60,015 bases of DNA from Octopus bimaculoides (Eukaryota), in contig NC_068987.1 of assembly GCF_001194135.2 (NCBI RefSeq), positions 43,086,625 to 43,146,639 on the forward strand, read 5' to 3'. The position numbers and the translations under genes were made by a program. Below, one piece after another: positions 1 through 12,834 of the stretch (position 1 is its first letter; the number at the start of each line of letters is the position of its first letter). The notes below the pieces were generated by a model, which searched no databases, was not told the origin of the DNA, and was given only the letters and a program-made list of their open reading frames with translations.

Positions 1-193
1 TGTATGTCTGTGTTTGTCCCCCTAACATCGCTTGACAACCGATGCTGGTGTGTTTACATCCCCGTAACTTAGAGACCGATAGAATAAGTACTAGGCTACT
101 AAAGAATAAGTCCTGGGGTCGATTTGCTCGACTAAAGGCGGTGCTCCAGTATGGCCGCAGTCAAATGACTGAAACAAGTAAAAGAGTAAAAGA
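1..193 (+). mobile_element. SINE 3' portion (abundant family, AAAGAG-type tail)
   Basis: Matches the reverse complement of the full copy at 8367-8770 (catcgcttgacaaccgatgctggtgtgttta ... gtcaaatgactgaaacaagtaaaagag). Further fragments occur at 40930-41020, 42355-42460 and 45305-45510. Confidence 0.85.
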
Positions 194-1424
194 GTATTAC
201 GATTTCAGTGACATACTCAACAATGTTAATTGATAACTAGATAGAACGTTCCAAATTAAGAAGGTAAAAAAAAAGAATGAAATGCACTATATATCCTACC
301 TTACATCACAACATAAAATCCAAGAAATACAGAAATATACAACATTATCTATCAAAATATTCCATGCTTTAGCTAGAAAATGAAAAAAGGGAAAACTCAA
401 AATATACAAAATAATCCCAAGACAACTAAAATCCTTTAAAAAATGAATATCAGTGCCAAATTACCCACTACAAACACAATGTACAGAAACTGCATTAACT
501 TGAATGAAGATACATCGTATAAATTTAAACCAGGAGATATTTTCATAGTAAAAAAAATCACATCACCTGTTTGTCAAAAAATTTGACTTATGTTATTAAA
601 TGTAATGGTTTCAAATTTAACTTACTTTGAGAAAGAGATTCGATATTCATAGGCAGCAAATATGTCTTAATATCAAACAGATTCCACTAAGTGAACATTT
701 AGATCTAAGTGCGACAAACAAATCACTCAAAATTCCAGTTTTCCCACTTTACGTTTGTTCTAGAAAAAAAGAAAAAACAGATAAAATGCGCACAAAAAAA
801 GATATTTTCATTAAAAAATACAAACCATGGCTGAATAAACTGTAACAACATATCGAATAGAATCATTTTACTTGTGGAGTTCACATTCACAGGAATTTTT
901 AATTGAGATATGCTAGTACTATTCTTCATAAATGTGACGTGAGTCTTTCACCAATTGAACAATCATTCATGTGAATACCTTTGTATGTATTTGTTAAAAT
1001 AACTTTTAGATGTTTGCGGTTATCTACATAATGTCAGCAAAATTTTTCAGACGGAATGAAGATTTCTTGAAAGGTTCCTGCCATTTTCTTAACTAGTCGA
1101 TGTTGTTCATTTCCGATTTTATTTGAAATCAGTTTTAAAAAAGCTGTAACGTATCTTATGACATATGTTTGCAAGATATTAATTTGTCTACTTTCAGTAA
1201 ACTTACTTCTCAGGAGATTATATTCAGGTACATCAATTCATCTATTCTCTAGTAGTATTATTAGGTTGGCCATGGTAATTAGGTGCAAGTAAGAGATTGT
1301 GTTCTAAAACATGAACGACCCAACAATTAATGTTTTGCATTTCCATATATTTATTATATCAAACAATTTATTATATTAAACAATTATATTCTACATATGT
1401 ACAATGAATTAATTATATTCTTTT

Positions 1425-1570
1425 CTACTCTAGGCACAAGGACCGAAATTTGGGGGAAGGGGACCAGTCGATTAGATCGACCCAGTACGCAACTGGCACT
1501 TCATTTATCGACTCCGAAAGGGTGAAAGGCAAGGTCGACTTCGGCGGAATTTGAATTCAGAACGTTAAGA
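1425..1570 (-). mobile_element. SINE fragment (second family, Meta-domain-like core)
   Basis: Reverse complement reads ttctgaattcaaattccgccgaagtcgaccttgcctttcaccctttcggagtcgataaatgaagtgccag; homologous to 54403-54600. Confidence 0.7.
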
Positions 1571-1939
1571 CAGACGAAATAATGAATTAACTATATTGAA
1601 AAATATATTCGCAAGCATGTCTATGATATTTAAGATTTATAATGCGTAAGATAGAAACAATGTTTTAATTAATACTATTATGTGATAATTGTACATAGTT
1701 ATTATAAACAGAACAAGGCAAGTAATTATATGGAAAGATATTTGCATATGTATAGATATGTATGAATGTCGACATTACCAACCCTGGTTGATTATTTTTG
1801 TCGAATATGAGATACAAAGCATATAATACAACACAAGTAGAAAATGAAAATACTTTTTATGGATCCGAGTGACAGTCTTGTGTAATGCCTAAGGTTATTA
1901 TGTTTAGGGGTTCAATACTTTCACATTTTATAACCTTTG

Positions 1940-2275
1940 GAGGCGCATGGCTCAGTGGTTAGAGCGTCGAGTTCACAATTATGAAGTTGCGAGTTCGATT
2001 CCCGGACCGGGCTGTGTTGTGTTCTTGAGCAAGACATTTTATTTCACGTTGCTCCTGTTCACTCAGCTGTAGAAATGAGTTGCGGCGTCACTGGTGCCAA
2101 ACTGTATCAGCCTTTGCCTTTCCTTTGGATAACGTCGGTGGTGTAAAGAAGGGAGGCAGGTGTGTATGAGTGATTGGTGGTTTTCTATAAGCAACCTTGC
2201 CCGGACTTGTGCCTCGGAGGGTAACTTCCTAGGTGCAATTCCATGGTCATTCATGACCGAAGGGGATTCTTTACA
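1940..2275 (+). mobile_element. tRNA-derived SINE
   Basis: Pol III A box (tggctcagtgg) and B box (gagttcgattccc), followed by ttgagcaagacattttatttcacgttgctcc, which is shared with 12098-12395. Confidence 0.75.
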
Positions 2276-3162
2276 ACCTTTGAAATACAATTTTGCAGGA
2301 ATTGCACAAAATTTCTTTTAAGTATATCACCTTTACNNNNNNNNNNNNNNNNNNNNNNNNNNNNNNNNNNNNNNNNNNNNNNNNNNNNNNNNNNNNNNNN
2401 NNNNNNNNNNNNNNNNNNNNNNNNNNNNNNNNNNNNNNNNNNNNNNNNNNNNNNNNNNNNNNNNNNNNNNNNNNNNNNNNNNNNNNNNNNNNNNNNNNNN
2501 NNNNNNNNNNNNNNNNNNNNNNNNNNNNNNNNNNNNNNNNNNNNNNNNNNNNNNNNNNNNNNNNNNNNNNNNNNNNNNNNNNNNNNNNNNNNNNNNNNNN
2601 NNNNNNNNNNNNNNNNNNNNNNNNNNNNNNNNNNNNNNNNNNNNNNNNNNNNNNNNNNNNNNNNNNNNNNNNNNNNNNNNNNNNNNNNNNNNNNNNNNNN
2701 NNNNNNNNNNNNNNNNNNNNNNNNNNNNNNNNNNNNNNNNNNNNNNNNNNNNNNNNNNNNNNNNNNNNNNNNNNNNNNNNNNNNNNNNNNNNNNNNNNNN
2801 NNNNNNNNNNNNNNNNNNNNNNNNNNNNNNNNNNNNNNNNNNNNNNNNNNNNNNNNNNNNNNNNNNNNNNNNNNNNNNNNNNNNNNNNNNNNNNNNNNNN
2901 NNNNNNNNNNNNNNNNNNNNNNNNNNNNNNNNNNNACTGAGTTTTTCCTATAAAAAAAAAAGAGTTGGTTTCTAAAAAGAACGATTCTAAATTCCATCTC
3001 TATGATTTAGACAACAATAACGATGAAGAATTACAAGTCGGATTTTAGAAGTCTTGTATATTTTTATTGTTTCACTTGTTAATTGTATTCGAAAAGTGTG
3101 TGCTAGCCGCTCACTTGCTTTATCTGAAAACTCCAGTGTAATTCAAGATTAACATTTAATTG

Positions 3163-3340
3163 CATGTATGTATGTATGTACGTATGTATGTATGTATGTA
3201 TGTATGTATGCATGTATGTATGTATGTATACATGCATGCATGTATGTATGTATGTATGTATGTATGCGTTTATGAATGTGTGTGTGCGCGTGTGCGTGCA
3301 AGCAGTATGCATATATATACATGCATGTATTCATGTATGT
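3163..3340. repeat. (ATGT)n/(GT)n microsatellite
   Basis: Directly visible simple repeat; the mariner element sits at its right edge. Confidence 0.95.
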
Positions 3341-3341
3341 A

Positions 3342-4753
3342 CGAGGGGTGTATGAAAAGTCTTGAGCCTCAAAAACAAAATACATAGTTCAAGACTTCTG
3401 ATGATTTATTTTTCAACATAGTCCCCCTCGATGGCTGAACACTTTCTCCAGCGGTGCTGAAGCACCATTATCCCGGCGTAGAAGAACTCTTTTGTTTGGG
3501 CCTCCAAGAAACTTCCTACTGCGTCTATGATGTCATTGTCATTGGAAAATGGCGACCAGCCAGGGCTTTTTTCATTTTGGGGAATAGATGAAAGTCAGAG
3601 GGGGCTAAGTCTGGTGAATAAGGCAGATGGGGAACAAGTTCGTATCTACAATCACGAATTGTTGCCATGGCAACCACTGAGGTGTGGGATGGAGCATTGT
3701 CGTGATGAAAACAAACTCCTCTGGTGAGCATTCCCGGCCTTTTTTCTTTGATTGCTTCTCCGAGGCATTTTAGTTGCTGACAATAATACAGCCCTGTCAC
3801 GCTGTGACCCTTTCAAAGTAATCGATCAGCAAGACAACTNNNNNNNNNNNNNNNNNNNNNNNNNNNNNNNNNNNNNNNNNNNNNNNNNNNNNNNNNNNNN
3901 NNNNNNNNNNNNNNNNNNNNNNNNNNNNNNNNNNNNNNNNNNNNNNNNNNNNNNNNNNNNNNNNNNNNNNNNNNNNNNNNNNNNNNNNNNNNNNNNNNNN
4001 NNNNNNNNNNNNNNNNNNNNNNNNNNNNNTGGCCTTCTTTGGGGTAGGAGAAGATGAATGCTTCCACTGCTTTGATTGTTCTTTGGTTTCAGGCTGGTAG
4101 TGATGAACCCAACTTTCGTCCATAGTAATGAAATGAGCAAAAAAATTCTCTTCATCGGCTTCAAACAGTTCCTGATTGCTCATGGACAAAGTGCACCTGG
4201 TGCATTTCTGTTCAGGAGTCAAAAGGCAAGGGACCCAGAAACCTTTGAGAACCCAAGTTCTTTTGTCACAACGTTGTCTGCTCTTTCATTTGAGATGCCC
4301 AGTCTCTCGGCTATCTGACGACATGATATTCAGCGATCTTGCATTAACATACCAAGGTTGTCCTTGGTGGTTGCAGTTGGTAGTCTCCCTGGTCTGGGAT
4401 CATCTTCCACACTCTCCCTGCCACGCTTGAATTCATTTACCCAGTGTTTGACTGTTGCATTTCAAGGAGCATTGTCTGTTACGGTTCTCACCATATCTTC
4501 ACGGATTTCTGATAGAGTCATACCTTTCAAATGAAAGTACTTTATGACGGCACGATACTCAGTTTTCTCCATTTTCCTTCTAACCTCGACACTTGTTTAT
4601 TCAAAATTCTGCAACAAAAGAAAAATTAAAATATCAGAATCAAGAAAATGAGCAAGAATTCTCCGAAAAGACTGTACTTACCAGAAAAAAATGTTTCAGC
4701 TATCTAGCAGCCCCGTTTCTATGTTAGGCTCAAAACTTTTCATACATCCCTCG
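3342..4753 (-). mobile_element. Full-length mariner (DD34D) transposon with frameshifted transposase (~3406-4572)
   Basis: 28-bp TIRs cgaggggtgtatgaaaagtcttgagcct (3342-3369) and aggctcaaaacttttcatacatccctcg (4726-4753) with 2 mismatches; TA on both flanks. Motifs MEKTEYRAVIKY, ITMDESWVHHY, HDNAPSH and YSPDLAPSDFHLF, with 34 residues between the 2nd and 3rd Asp. Confidence 0.95.
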
Positions 4754-4971
4754 TATATGTGTTTTCTTGAGCGCATGTATATATGCATGCATATATGTAA
4801 GTATGTATGAACGAACAAATGTGTGTATATATGGATGCATGCATGTATTTGGCATGCAGGTGTACATGCATACACGTATATATGCTTGTATGTATATATG
4901 ATGTATGTATGTTATAGTTATGTATGCGTGTATGTAAGTGCGTGCATTTATGTATGATGTATGTGTGCGTG

Positions 4972-5028
<57 letters not shown>

Positions 5029-8000
5029 CAGATTCGAAACCGAATCGCCCACTTTTGTGAAATATGCGTCTAAAAGGATCTGACAAAAAGCCTACCTATT
5101 TCCTTAAAATATTTTTGAAAATGAATTTGAAGAATTTATTCAAAATTAAATTTTAGATGTGTTCTTCATAGCCTTAGTTCCAAATGAAATTTAAAGGATT
5201 CGATAATTAGATAACTATTCTTACCGTAAAAACTATTCGATAATAATCTTGGAGAAAAGCAATTCCTATTTGAGGACCGTACGTAGGATTTATATCAGTC
5301 TATGTCACCATTGGCCATCCATACTTAGCATTAGCGCCTATAATAACTATTGTAAGTGTTTATCGTAACTTTCCCCGCTAACTTCAATGTATCTGAAAAG
5401 CTATCATCACTCTAAGGTAAGGTTACTTTATTCTAATTATAATAATGCTTGCCATATGTTTACCTAGTTTTGGATATAATCGGTAAGAAACTTCTAAAGC
5501 TACATCATCTTCGCCTAAACCTTATGGAATTTTCTGTCTCTGAGTCACGCTTTGTTTCTATGAAGATGTCTGCTCCGAGGATTTATTACCATATCTGTCT
5601 TACCCAGTGTCGGGTTTCGGCTACTAATTACTGCATTAAACCGTCTTTTGTTCCTTTAATGTGCATAAGTTGTGACAGTCGAACGGGTCGTCTTTTTTCT
5701 TCGTTATTTTTCTTTGACAACTTCGATAGAATTTCTGATATTTTTAACCTAAGTAGCAAAGGGTATCTTACAATTCATTTTTAAAGATATGTTTTGTGTT
5801 TGTTGCTAAAATAATATACATTATACATGTTTTTATATGATGTGTGTTGTTATAAATCCCCCCAATTGATAACTATCTCTGGGCCCCACCCCCAAATTGG
5901 TTGTCTGCAGTCAACATTAGTGGATCGAAGGAGAAGTCTAAATGATCCCCCACTTCGTAATTACGAATTTCTTTCAATTTTTCCGAAAATATCTAAAAAC
6001 AAAAATCTATATTTTAAAACTTATGATCTTAAAATTCGGTCCCAGTATATAATTTTTTTCCTCAATAAATTTATTTGGGGGAAACCAGGATTCTAGAGAA
6101 TCTTTTATAAATAATCTTTTGGAATTAACTTATATTAATGTCTAAACATATGTTTTCAAAACAAAACAGTTGCGAAACTTTGGTAGATTTCATCTCTAGT
6201 TATGTTCACACTGATAATAATGTTTATTTGGGTTATTTATTAATGTTTCCATTAATAAAGTTCTTGGAGTTAAGTGTTGATGTGAGGGGAAACATGAAGG
6301 GAGCCTTCATTTTCTGTGTAAGGGATTTAGTTAGGCTTTAGATGATGACCACTAATGGGATATACCACGCACTTCTAGCGATAATTTTTGCGTTGTTCAT
6401 TTAAACAAAACCATTCATTGTGGTATTCAATCTTAAAAACTATTGTCGGTGAAAACTATACTAATTAGAATTATATTTTCCAAAATTCTTTCTATTATTA
6501 AATGAAATGCTTTTGTAGGTTTCATTACCTGGTTTGAGGTATTTAAATTTACTTGGCTCATAAATGTTCCGAGGCAACATATTTTCCCCACTCTTTCTTT
6601 TAATCGGATACCTTGTTATATAAGAAATTCATTGTAGTAAAAAAAAATGTATTGTATCACAATAAATGTGGAACCCTTTATACAAAACAATAAATTAGAT
6701 CAGAGTTCTGATAATTTAATTTTTAGATAATTTTTAATTTTTAGTGTGTAATGATATATAAATATCATGCGTCTCTTATGTAAAATGGAAAGCCTTTTTG
6801 ACTGGTCGTAAGAAATTAGTTTTCTTGGGACATTATTTCTTATCAAAAGAAATTAATATTTTTGAGCGATGTTAGGTTGATTGGAGCAAACAATTTATAT
6901 ATATATAATTTATATCTAAGACTGATCATTTACCTGTATGTGGAGATGGGAGACAAATAAGAATAATAATTGTTATTATATTTGCAGCAAGTCGCTTAAA
7001 TGCTGAAAGTCATTTCCAGAAGTGCTCCAGAATCCGTAATGTGTGTGTGTGTGTGTGTGTATACATATATATATGTATGTGTGTATGTATGTATATATGT
7101 ATGTGTATATATGTATGTATGTATATGTATGTATGTATATGTANNNNNNNNNNNNNNNNNNNNNNNNNNNNNNNNNNNNNNNNNNNNNNNNNNNNNNNNN
7201 NNNNNNNNNNNNNNNNNNNNNNNNNNNNNNNNNNNNNNNNNNNTATATATATATATATATATATGATGAACATAGCTGACACTACTTTGAGAAGTTATAA
7301 CATATGTCAGAATGATGAACAAGTGGGATATAATAATACATATATGATGCATGCATCTATAAAGAACATATATATGTATAATGTATATATGTTTAATGTA
7401 TGTATATTTGTCTGAAGTATGCATATATTATGTATATAGATAGAGAAGAAAACATTGTGTACAAAATTTATTTTTCCTATTTTTATTATTTTTTAAGCTG
7501 ATATAGTTTTTTGGCTTTGTATTTATATTATCCCAAAATTCTATTGATTTGTTATACATAAAATGTATATTATATACATATAATGTATATTATATACATG
7601 TATATTATATACAACCTGATGACTGTGTTCACTTAAAGCTACACATTACCGTGTTACACAGTCATTAGCCTAAACCAAGAGCATCATCTCTCACAAGCTA
7701 ACAGTCATATTTTACAACTGACATGAAGTTTTAAATATGAAATGTTAAGCTTGAGTCATTTCATTAACAAAATACACTCAGGGCATTTCTACTTCAGTTT
7801 CTAGTTATAACTAAAACAGTTTTAACAACTAATAGAAGAAAAACTACTGTATTAGTGCTGCAACAAACAAAGGTCAACAAGGTGTGTCAAGAGGGTGCTT
7901 GAGGTTTTAGGAAAAAAAATTAGTGTCTCTGATTTCACTGATAGTCTCTTACTAACTCAGCTGGACTAACAAAATATTGGGGAAAAGTTGATTTTTAAGT

Positions 8001-8366
8001 GACAAGGTCAATGAGGTTTTGTCAGGGACCATTAAAAAACTCTGCAGTTTAGAGAAGAGAAATCAAACAGAAATAGAAGACATATAATATATGGTAGCTG
8101 TTTATACAAGAGAGGAAGTTGTTGTTTAGCCTCAGGACAGCACTGATCAAGCAGACCTCTGATCAAAAACATTACTAGCTATGACCATCCCATCATTTAG
8201 TTAGAGAAAGAATTAATTGTCCAATGTGTCCTTCCTTTTTAGTAAGATTGTAAGTGTAATTTGGGAGAGATTTAATTGTTATTTCAATGAAATTAAACTA
8301 CCATAGAGGCACTCTCATTAGCTCAAATGAATTAATTAGGTTTATGTTGAATTAGACTTCTCTTAT

Positions 8367-8770
8367 ACTCTCTTTTACTTGTTTCAGTCATTTGACTGCG
8401 GCCATGCTGGAGCACCACCTTTAGTCAAGCAAATCAACCCCAGCACTTATTCTTTGTAAGCCTGGTACTTATTCTATCAGTCTCTTTTGCCGAACCGCTG
8501 ACGGGGACGTAAACACACCAGCGTCGGTTGTCAAGCGATGTTGGGGGGGGGGGACAAACACAGACACACAAACATACACACACACATACATATATATACA
8601 TATATACGACGGGCTTCTTTCAGTTTCCATCTACCAAATCCACTCACAAGGTTTTGGTTGGCCCTAGACTATAGTAGAAGACACTTGCCCCAGGTGCCAC
8701 GCAATGGGACTGAACCTGGAACCATGTGGTTGCTAAGCAAGCTACTTACCCCACAGCCACTCCTGCACCT
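8367..8770 (-). mobile_element. Full-length tRNA-derived SINE with internal microsatellite
   Basis: The minus strand has a tRNA-like head (ggagtggctgtggggtaagtagc...ggttccaggttcagtcc), a core (ggcaagtgtcttctactatag), a (TG/TA)n middle and a 3' tail matching 1-193. Confidence 0.9.
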
Positions 8771-9022
8771 ATATATAAATGAAAAATATAAATATGCACA
8801 TCATCATCTTCATTGCTCTTCACATGTTTTATTTTTTTTACATATTGGCATAGGCACAGGTGTGGGTATGTAGTTAAGAAGTCTGCTTCCTGACCAAAAT
8901 GCTGGCACCTTATACAACTATCTTCTACTATAGCCCTGGACTGACCAGAGCTTTGTAAGTGAATTTGGGAGACAGAAACTGAAACAAGCTTGTTGCATGT
9001 GGTGTATATGTATGTATGTATA

Positions 9023-9797
9023 CGTGGTCTGATCAATAAGTATCTGGACTGTTGCCATAGTAACGAAGCTAAAGCACGCAAAGTGAAGCTGCCTGACATA
9101 AATCGACCTTGAACTCTGCTGTGCATGCATACTAAGTTTTAATGTTCTAGCTCACTTCTGCTGCCTACAGAAGTGCCTGGAAGGAAAATGTGTAGGGTGT
9201 GATCGTTGCATTGACCATGACTGAGAAAGTTGAACAGAGAATCTGCATTAAATTTTGCCAAAAGTTTGGTAATACCAGCTTAGCAAAGTTTTCAAAAAGT
9301 TTTCATCATTCTCGACACAATCAAGGAGATCTTATGCAACTGAAACCCCAAGTGTCTTTTTGGTCATCTGAAAACAGTTTTGGCACAAACTTAGCAGACA
9401 CGCATCTCAAACCCAAATCTTCAGTGATAATGGACTGAACTGAACTGTAACTAATCTGCACATCCTCTGATAACTTAAAGATAGTGATTCAACGATTTCC
9501 TCTCACAGCTGCATGCACATCTGCAATGTTTTTCTTGGTTCTGCTGGTTGCAGGTCTCTCAGAACATTCATCAATATCGACATTTTTCGGCCATATTGTA
9601 AACATCTGAACCACTCATATACTTGTGTGCAGCTCACACACTCCTCTCTATACATTTTCTGCAACTTAGCATAAGCCTCTGAGCAGGTATTGCCATGACA
9701 ACTTTCTCTGTCATGGTCAATGTGATAATCACATACTACACACCCTCCTTCCAAGCACTGCTGTTAACAGTAGAAGTGAGCTAGAACGTTAAAACTT
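9023..9797. mobile_element. Rearranged mariner derivative: two 5' halves in inverted orientation
   Basis: Plus arm encodes MTEKVEQRICIKFCQKFG; minus arm encodes ...EAYAKLQKMYREECVSCTQVYEWF... and SAKFVPKLF. 9134-9163 is the inverted repeat of 9768-9797. Confidence 0.75.
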
Positions 9798-9798
9798 G

Positions 9799-10682
9799 AT
9801 GGAAGAGCACCTTTAATCTTGAAACCAAAGATGGTTGTTTTTCTTCTAGTGCTGACTTAAGCTGCTCGCAGTAGATCTCCTTTATCATTTGATTTGGGTT
9901 TAAAAGTTCAAAGTCGATTAAACCTTCCATATCCTTTCAAACAGATAACAACAACTTATGTGGGTGAAGACCTTCTTTTGCCTGGGGTACTGGTGTTTCT
10001 CCTTTCCCTACCCACTGTCTTCAGTGCTTGACATTTTTATAGAGAACCCATTTCATGTCACCAGTCACTATTCAGTCAAAAAAAAGCTCATTTGTGAAAC
10101 GTAACAGCAAAGAAGAGAAAACATTCACTCTCTGCACACAATTAGACTCAGAAAGTTTGTGAGGAACCCACTGACCCAATTTGCTGACTTTTCCGATAGC
10201 ATACAGGTGTTGATGAATGGTTAAATGACCAAATCCAAGCTGCTCTGCTAGTTCCTCAACAGTTACGATGGGATTTTGTTCCACCAGGGTTTGTAGGAAG
10301 TCCTCATGAAGCTCTACAGATTCTCCAGGATGAGGCTTGTCTTCTAGGCTGTAGTTTCCAGCTCAGAATTTCTGGATTGGCTTATGCTTACTGTCCGATC
10401 CCCATAAACTGCCTTAATATTCCTCACATTTTCTGTTGCGTTGTTGCCTTCATTGAACTCATAAAGCAAAATATGCCGAATATGCTCCGTTGTCACTTCC
10501 GTTATAGCTTTGAGAAAATAACTATTAAAATTGAACTGCACTGTTCAAAACTTGCACTAAGAATAAGGACAAGGTAAAATTACTATCTGCTTTTATAGCA
10601 GGTTGATGCAGATAGTTTATCCCGTCCCCCTTTGACTTTTCATGCAATTAAAAAAAACTGCATTATTTATGGGATGACCCAA
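9799..10682 (-). mobile_element. 3'-truncated, degenerate mariner
   Basis: TIR-like end (minus ttgggtcatcccataaataatgcag) next to TA at 10683-10684. Peptides HIRHILLYEF, GQWVPHKLS (WVPHEL motif) and KVLFHQ at the truncation point. Confidence 0.85.
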
Positions 10683-10796
10683 TATATATAGCAACATCAA
10701 TGCCAAGCATTGATTAGGAGTAAACAAACTTTTGGTTAGTTAAATGCATTTGTGACATATTTTAACTTCTAAAGGCAAAATAGGGATAAGCCATAG

Positions 10797-11151
10797 CTTT
10801 AACTAAAAACAGTCAACATCAGTGACTGAGTTGCACTAATGAACCACCTGGTTGAGATAAAAATAGAGGTGTCAGGACCAAGCAGTAATTAGGAATAAAC
10901 AAACTTTAGGTTAATTAAAATGTAATATATTTTAACTTCTAAAGGCAAATTCATTACATTTACCATGGAGAAAAAGATCCTCTTGCAGTGAATTTGCCCT
11001 TAGAAATTAAAATATGTCACAAACATATCTTAACTAACTTAAAGTTTGTTTATTCCTAATCAGTGCTCAGCACTGATGCTGCTATTTTTATTCCAACCAA
11101 GCAGACCACTAGCACTACTCAGTTACTGATGTTGACTGTTTTTAGTTAAAG
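10797..11151. repeat. Fold-back (MITE-like) element with ~155-bp arms
   Basis: 10797-10831 and 11117-11151 are reverse complements (1 mismatch in 35); the inner arms end at 10953 and 10989. Partial extra copies lie at ~10691-10790 and ~11989-12048. Confidence 0.8.
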
Positions 11152-11280
11152 TTACAGCATTGAATCTACCAAGGTTTATCACTCTTCTGTATTTCCCATT
11201 GAGAAAAGTTAAGGAACCAGAAGCACATGTCTGGGAATCCAGTTAGGGGAAGCATTGGACAGATATATTTTAACACCTTA

Positions 11281-11955
11281 TATCATCATCATCGTTTAAC
11301 GTCCACCTTCCATGCTAGCATGGGTTGGACGATTTGACTGAGGACTGGCAAACCAGAAGGCTGCACCAAGCTCCAGTCTGATCTGGCAGAGTTTCTACAG
11401 CTGGATGCCCTTCCTAATGCCAACCACTCCGAGAGTGTAGTAGGTGCTTTTACGTGCCACCGGCACAAGGGCCAGTCAGGCGGTACTGGAAACGGCCACG
11501 CTCAAAATGGTGTTTTTTATGTGCCACTTGCACAAGAGCCAGTCCAGCGGCACAGGCAATGACCTCACTCAAATGTTTTCTTATGTGCCACTGGCACAGG
11601 TGCCAGGAAGGCGACGCTGGTAACGATCATGTACAAATAGTGCTATTTACGTGCCACTGGCACTGAAGCCAGGCAGCTGCTCTGGCAATGATCACGCTCA
11701 GATGGTGCTCTTACCACTCCACTGGCACAGGTGCCAGTCATCGAATTTGGTTCAATCACGATTTCGATTTCACTTGCCCCAACAGGTCTTCGCAAGCCGA
11801 GTATAGTATCCAATGAAGGAGAGATTGGCATGGGTGCCAGTCGTCGAATTTGGATCGATTTCATTTGCCTCAACAGGTCTTCGCAAACAGAGTTTAGTGT
11901 CCAATGAAGGAAAGGTATGTATAAGTGGGCTGGCTACACCCCTGGCAGAGGCCTC
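11281..11955 (-). mobile_element. RTE LINE 3' UTR fragment with (GAT)n tail
   Basis: Homologous to the 3' UTR of the RT-bearing element at 21255-21980. Confidence 0.9.
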
Positions 11956-12097
11956 GAAGAAAGAATTTTTTTCTCTGTGGTAATTGGAGTGAATTTGTCT
12001 TTAGGAAGTGAAAATATGTCACAAATATATTTTAACGAACCTAAATTTTATACACACAAATATGTGTATGTGTGCACACACATGTGTGTGTATAGTG

Positions 12098-12395
12098 AAG
12101 GAGCATGGCTTAGTGGCTATGGTGTTTGGCTCACAATTGTAAGGTCATGAGTTTGATTCCTGGTGGTGCATTGTATCTTTGAGCAAGATATATTATTTCA
12201 TGTTGCTCCAGTTTACTCAGCTGACAAAATTGAGTTGTACATGTATTTCAAAGGGCCAGCCTGGTCACATTCTGTGTCAAGCTGAATCGCTCAGAGAACT
12301 ATGTTAAGGGTACACATGTCTGTGGAATGTTAGCCACTTGCACGTTAATTTCACTAGTAGGCTGTTCCTTTGATCAGATCAACTGAAACACTTGT
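12098..12395 (+). mobile_element. Degenerate tRNA-derived SINE
   Basis: A/B-box-like head (tggcttagtgg ... gagtttgattcc) and a body similar to 1940-2275. Confidence 0.7.
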
Positions 12396-12470
12396 CATAG
12401 TGACAGAGTGCCAGTTATATATACACAAAGTAAACACAAATGGCGTTTAAAATTTGTGGCAGCTTTTTCA

Positions 12471-12510
<40 letters not shown>

Positions 12511-12834
12511 ATGTATATATATATGTGTGTGTGTGTGTGTGTATGTGGGTTTGAGTATGTGTGTGTTTGGGACTTCTTTCTCTTATTAAGGAAACAGTTA
12601 TAGAAGCTGAAACTAGATCAAGTTGGCTGTGGTTGATAAGAGATTGCAAGTGGACCAGCTCAATCCTTGCTGCTCACTCAGGCAAAGTATACAGGCTAAA
12701 GGGTGAAATGCTTGTGACCTTGAGATACCTGTTGACAATACAGAAGGGTTTACAGCATTGCAATGAATTTAAAAGAGCTTGAAAAACTTCTGAGTAGCTC
12801 TTGCAGTTGCTGCAAGGAATAAAGCATCCCTGAT

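Noticed and set aside
1940-2015. tRNA-like sequences (also 8700-8770, 36259-36330)
   Set aside because: They are SINE heads with A/B boxes but no complete cloverleaf, and they continue into SINE bodies.
2243-2997. Long ORFs spanning N-runs (here and at 29246-30929, 34452-35627, 38866-39507, 51734-52939)
   Set aside because: Their length is an artefact of unknown bases.
3103-3387. ORFs such as MYVCMYVC/HTYIHT (also at 4730, 6996-7424, 40052-40453, 44651-45329)
   Set aside because: Translations of microsatellites, not proteins.
5200-5790. Moderately complex sequence with short open frames on both strands
   Set aside because: Multiple stops and no motif I can recognise; possibly an old unclassified TE.
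7616-7668. 13-bp hairpin starting with CTGATGA (hammerhead core, C box or pre-miRNA candidate)
   Set aside because: No GAAA partner, no convincing D box with terminal stem, and the stem is too short for a pre-miRNA.
11450-11730. Regularly spaced palindromic repeats resembling a CRISPR array
   Set aside because: The spacers are homologous to each other, the context is eukaryotic, there are no cas genes, and the repeats are part of the RTE 3' UTR.
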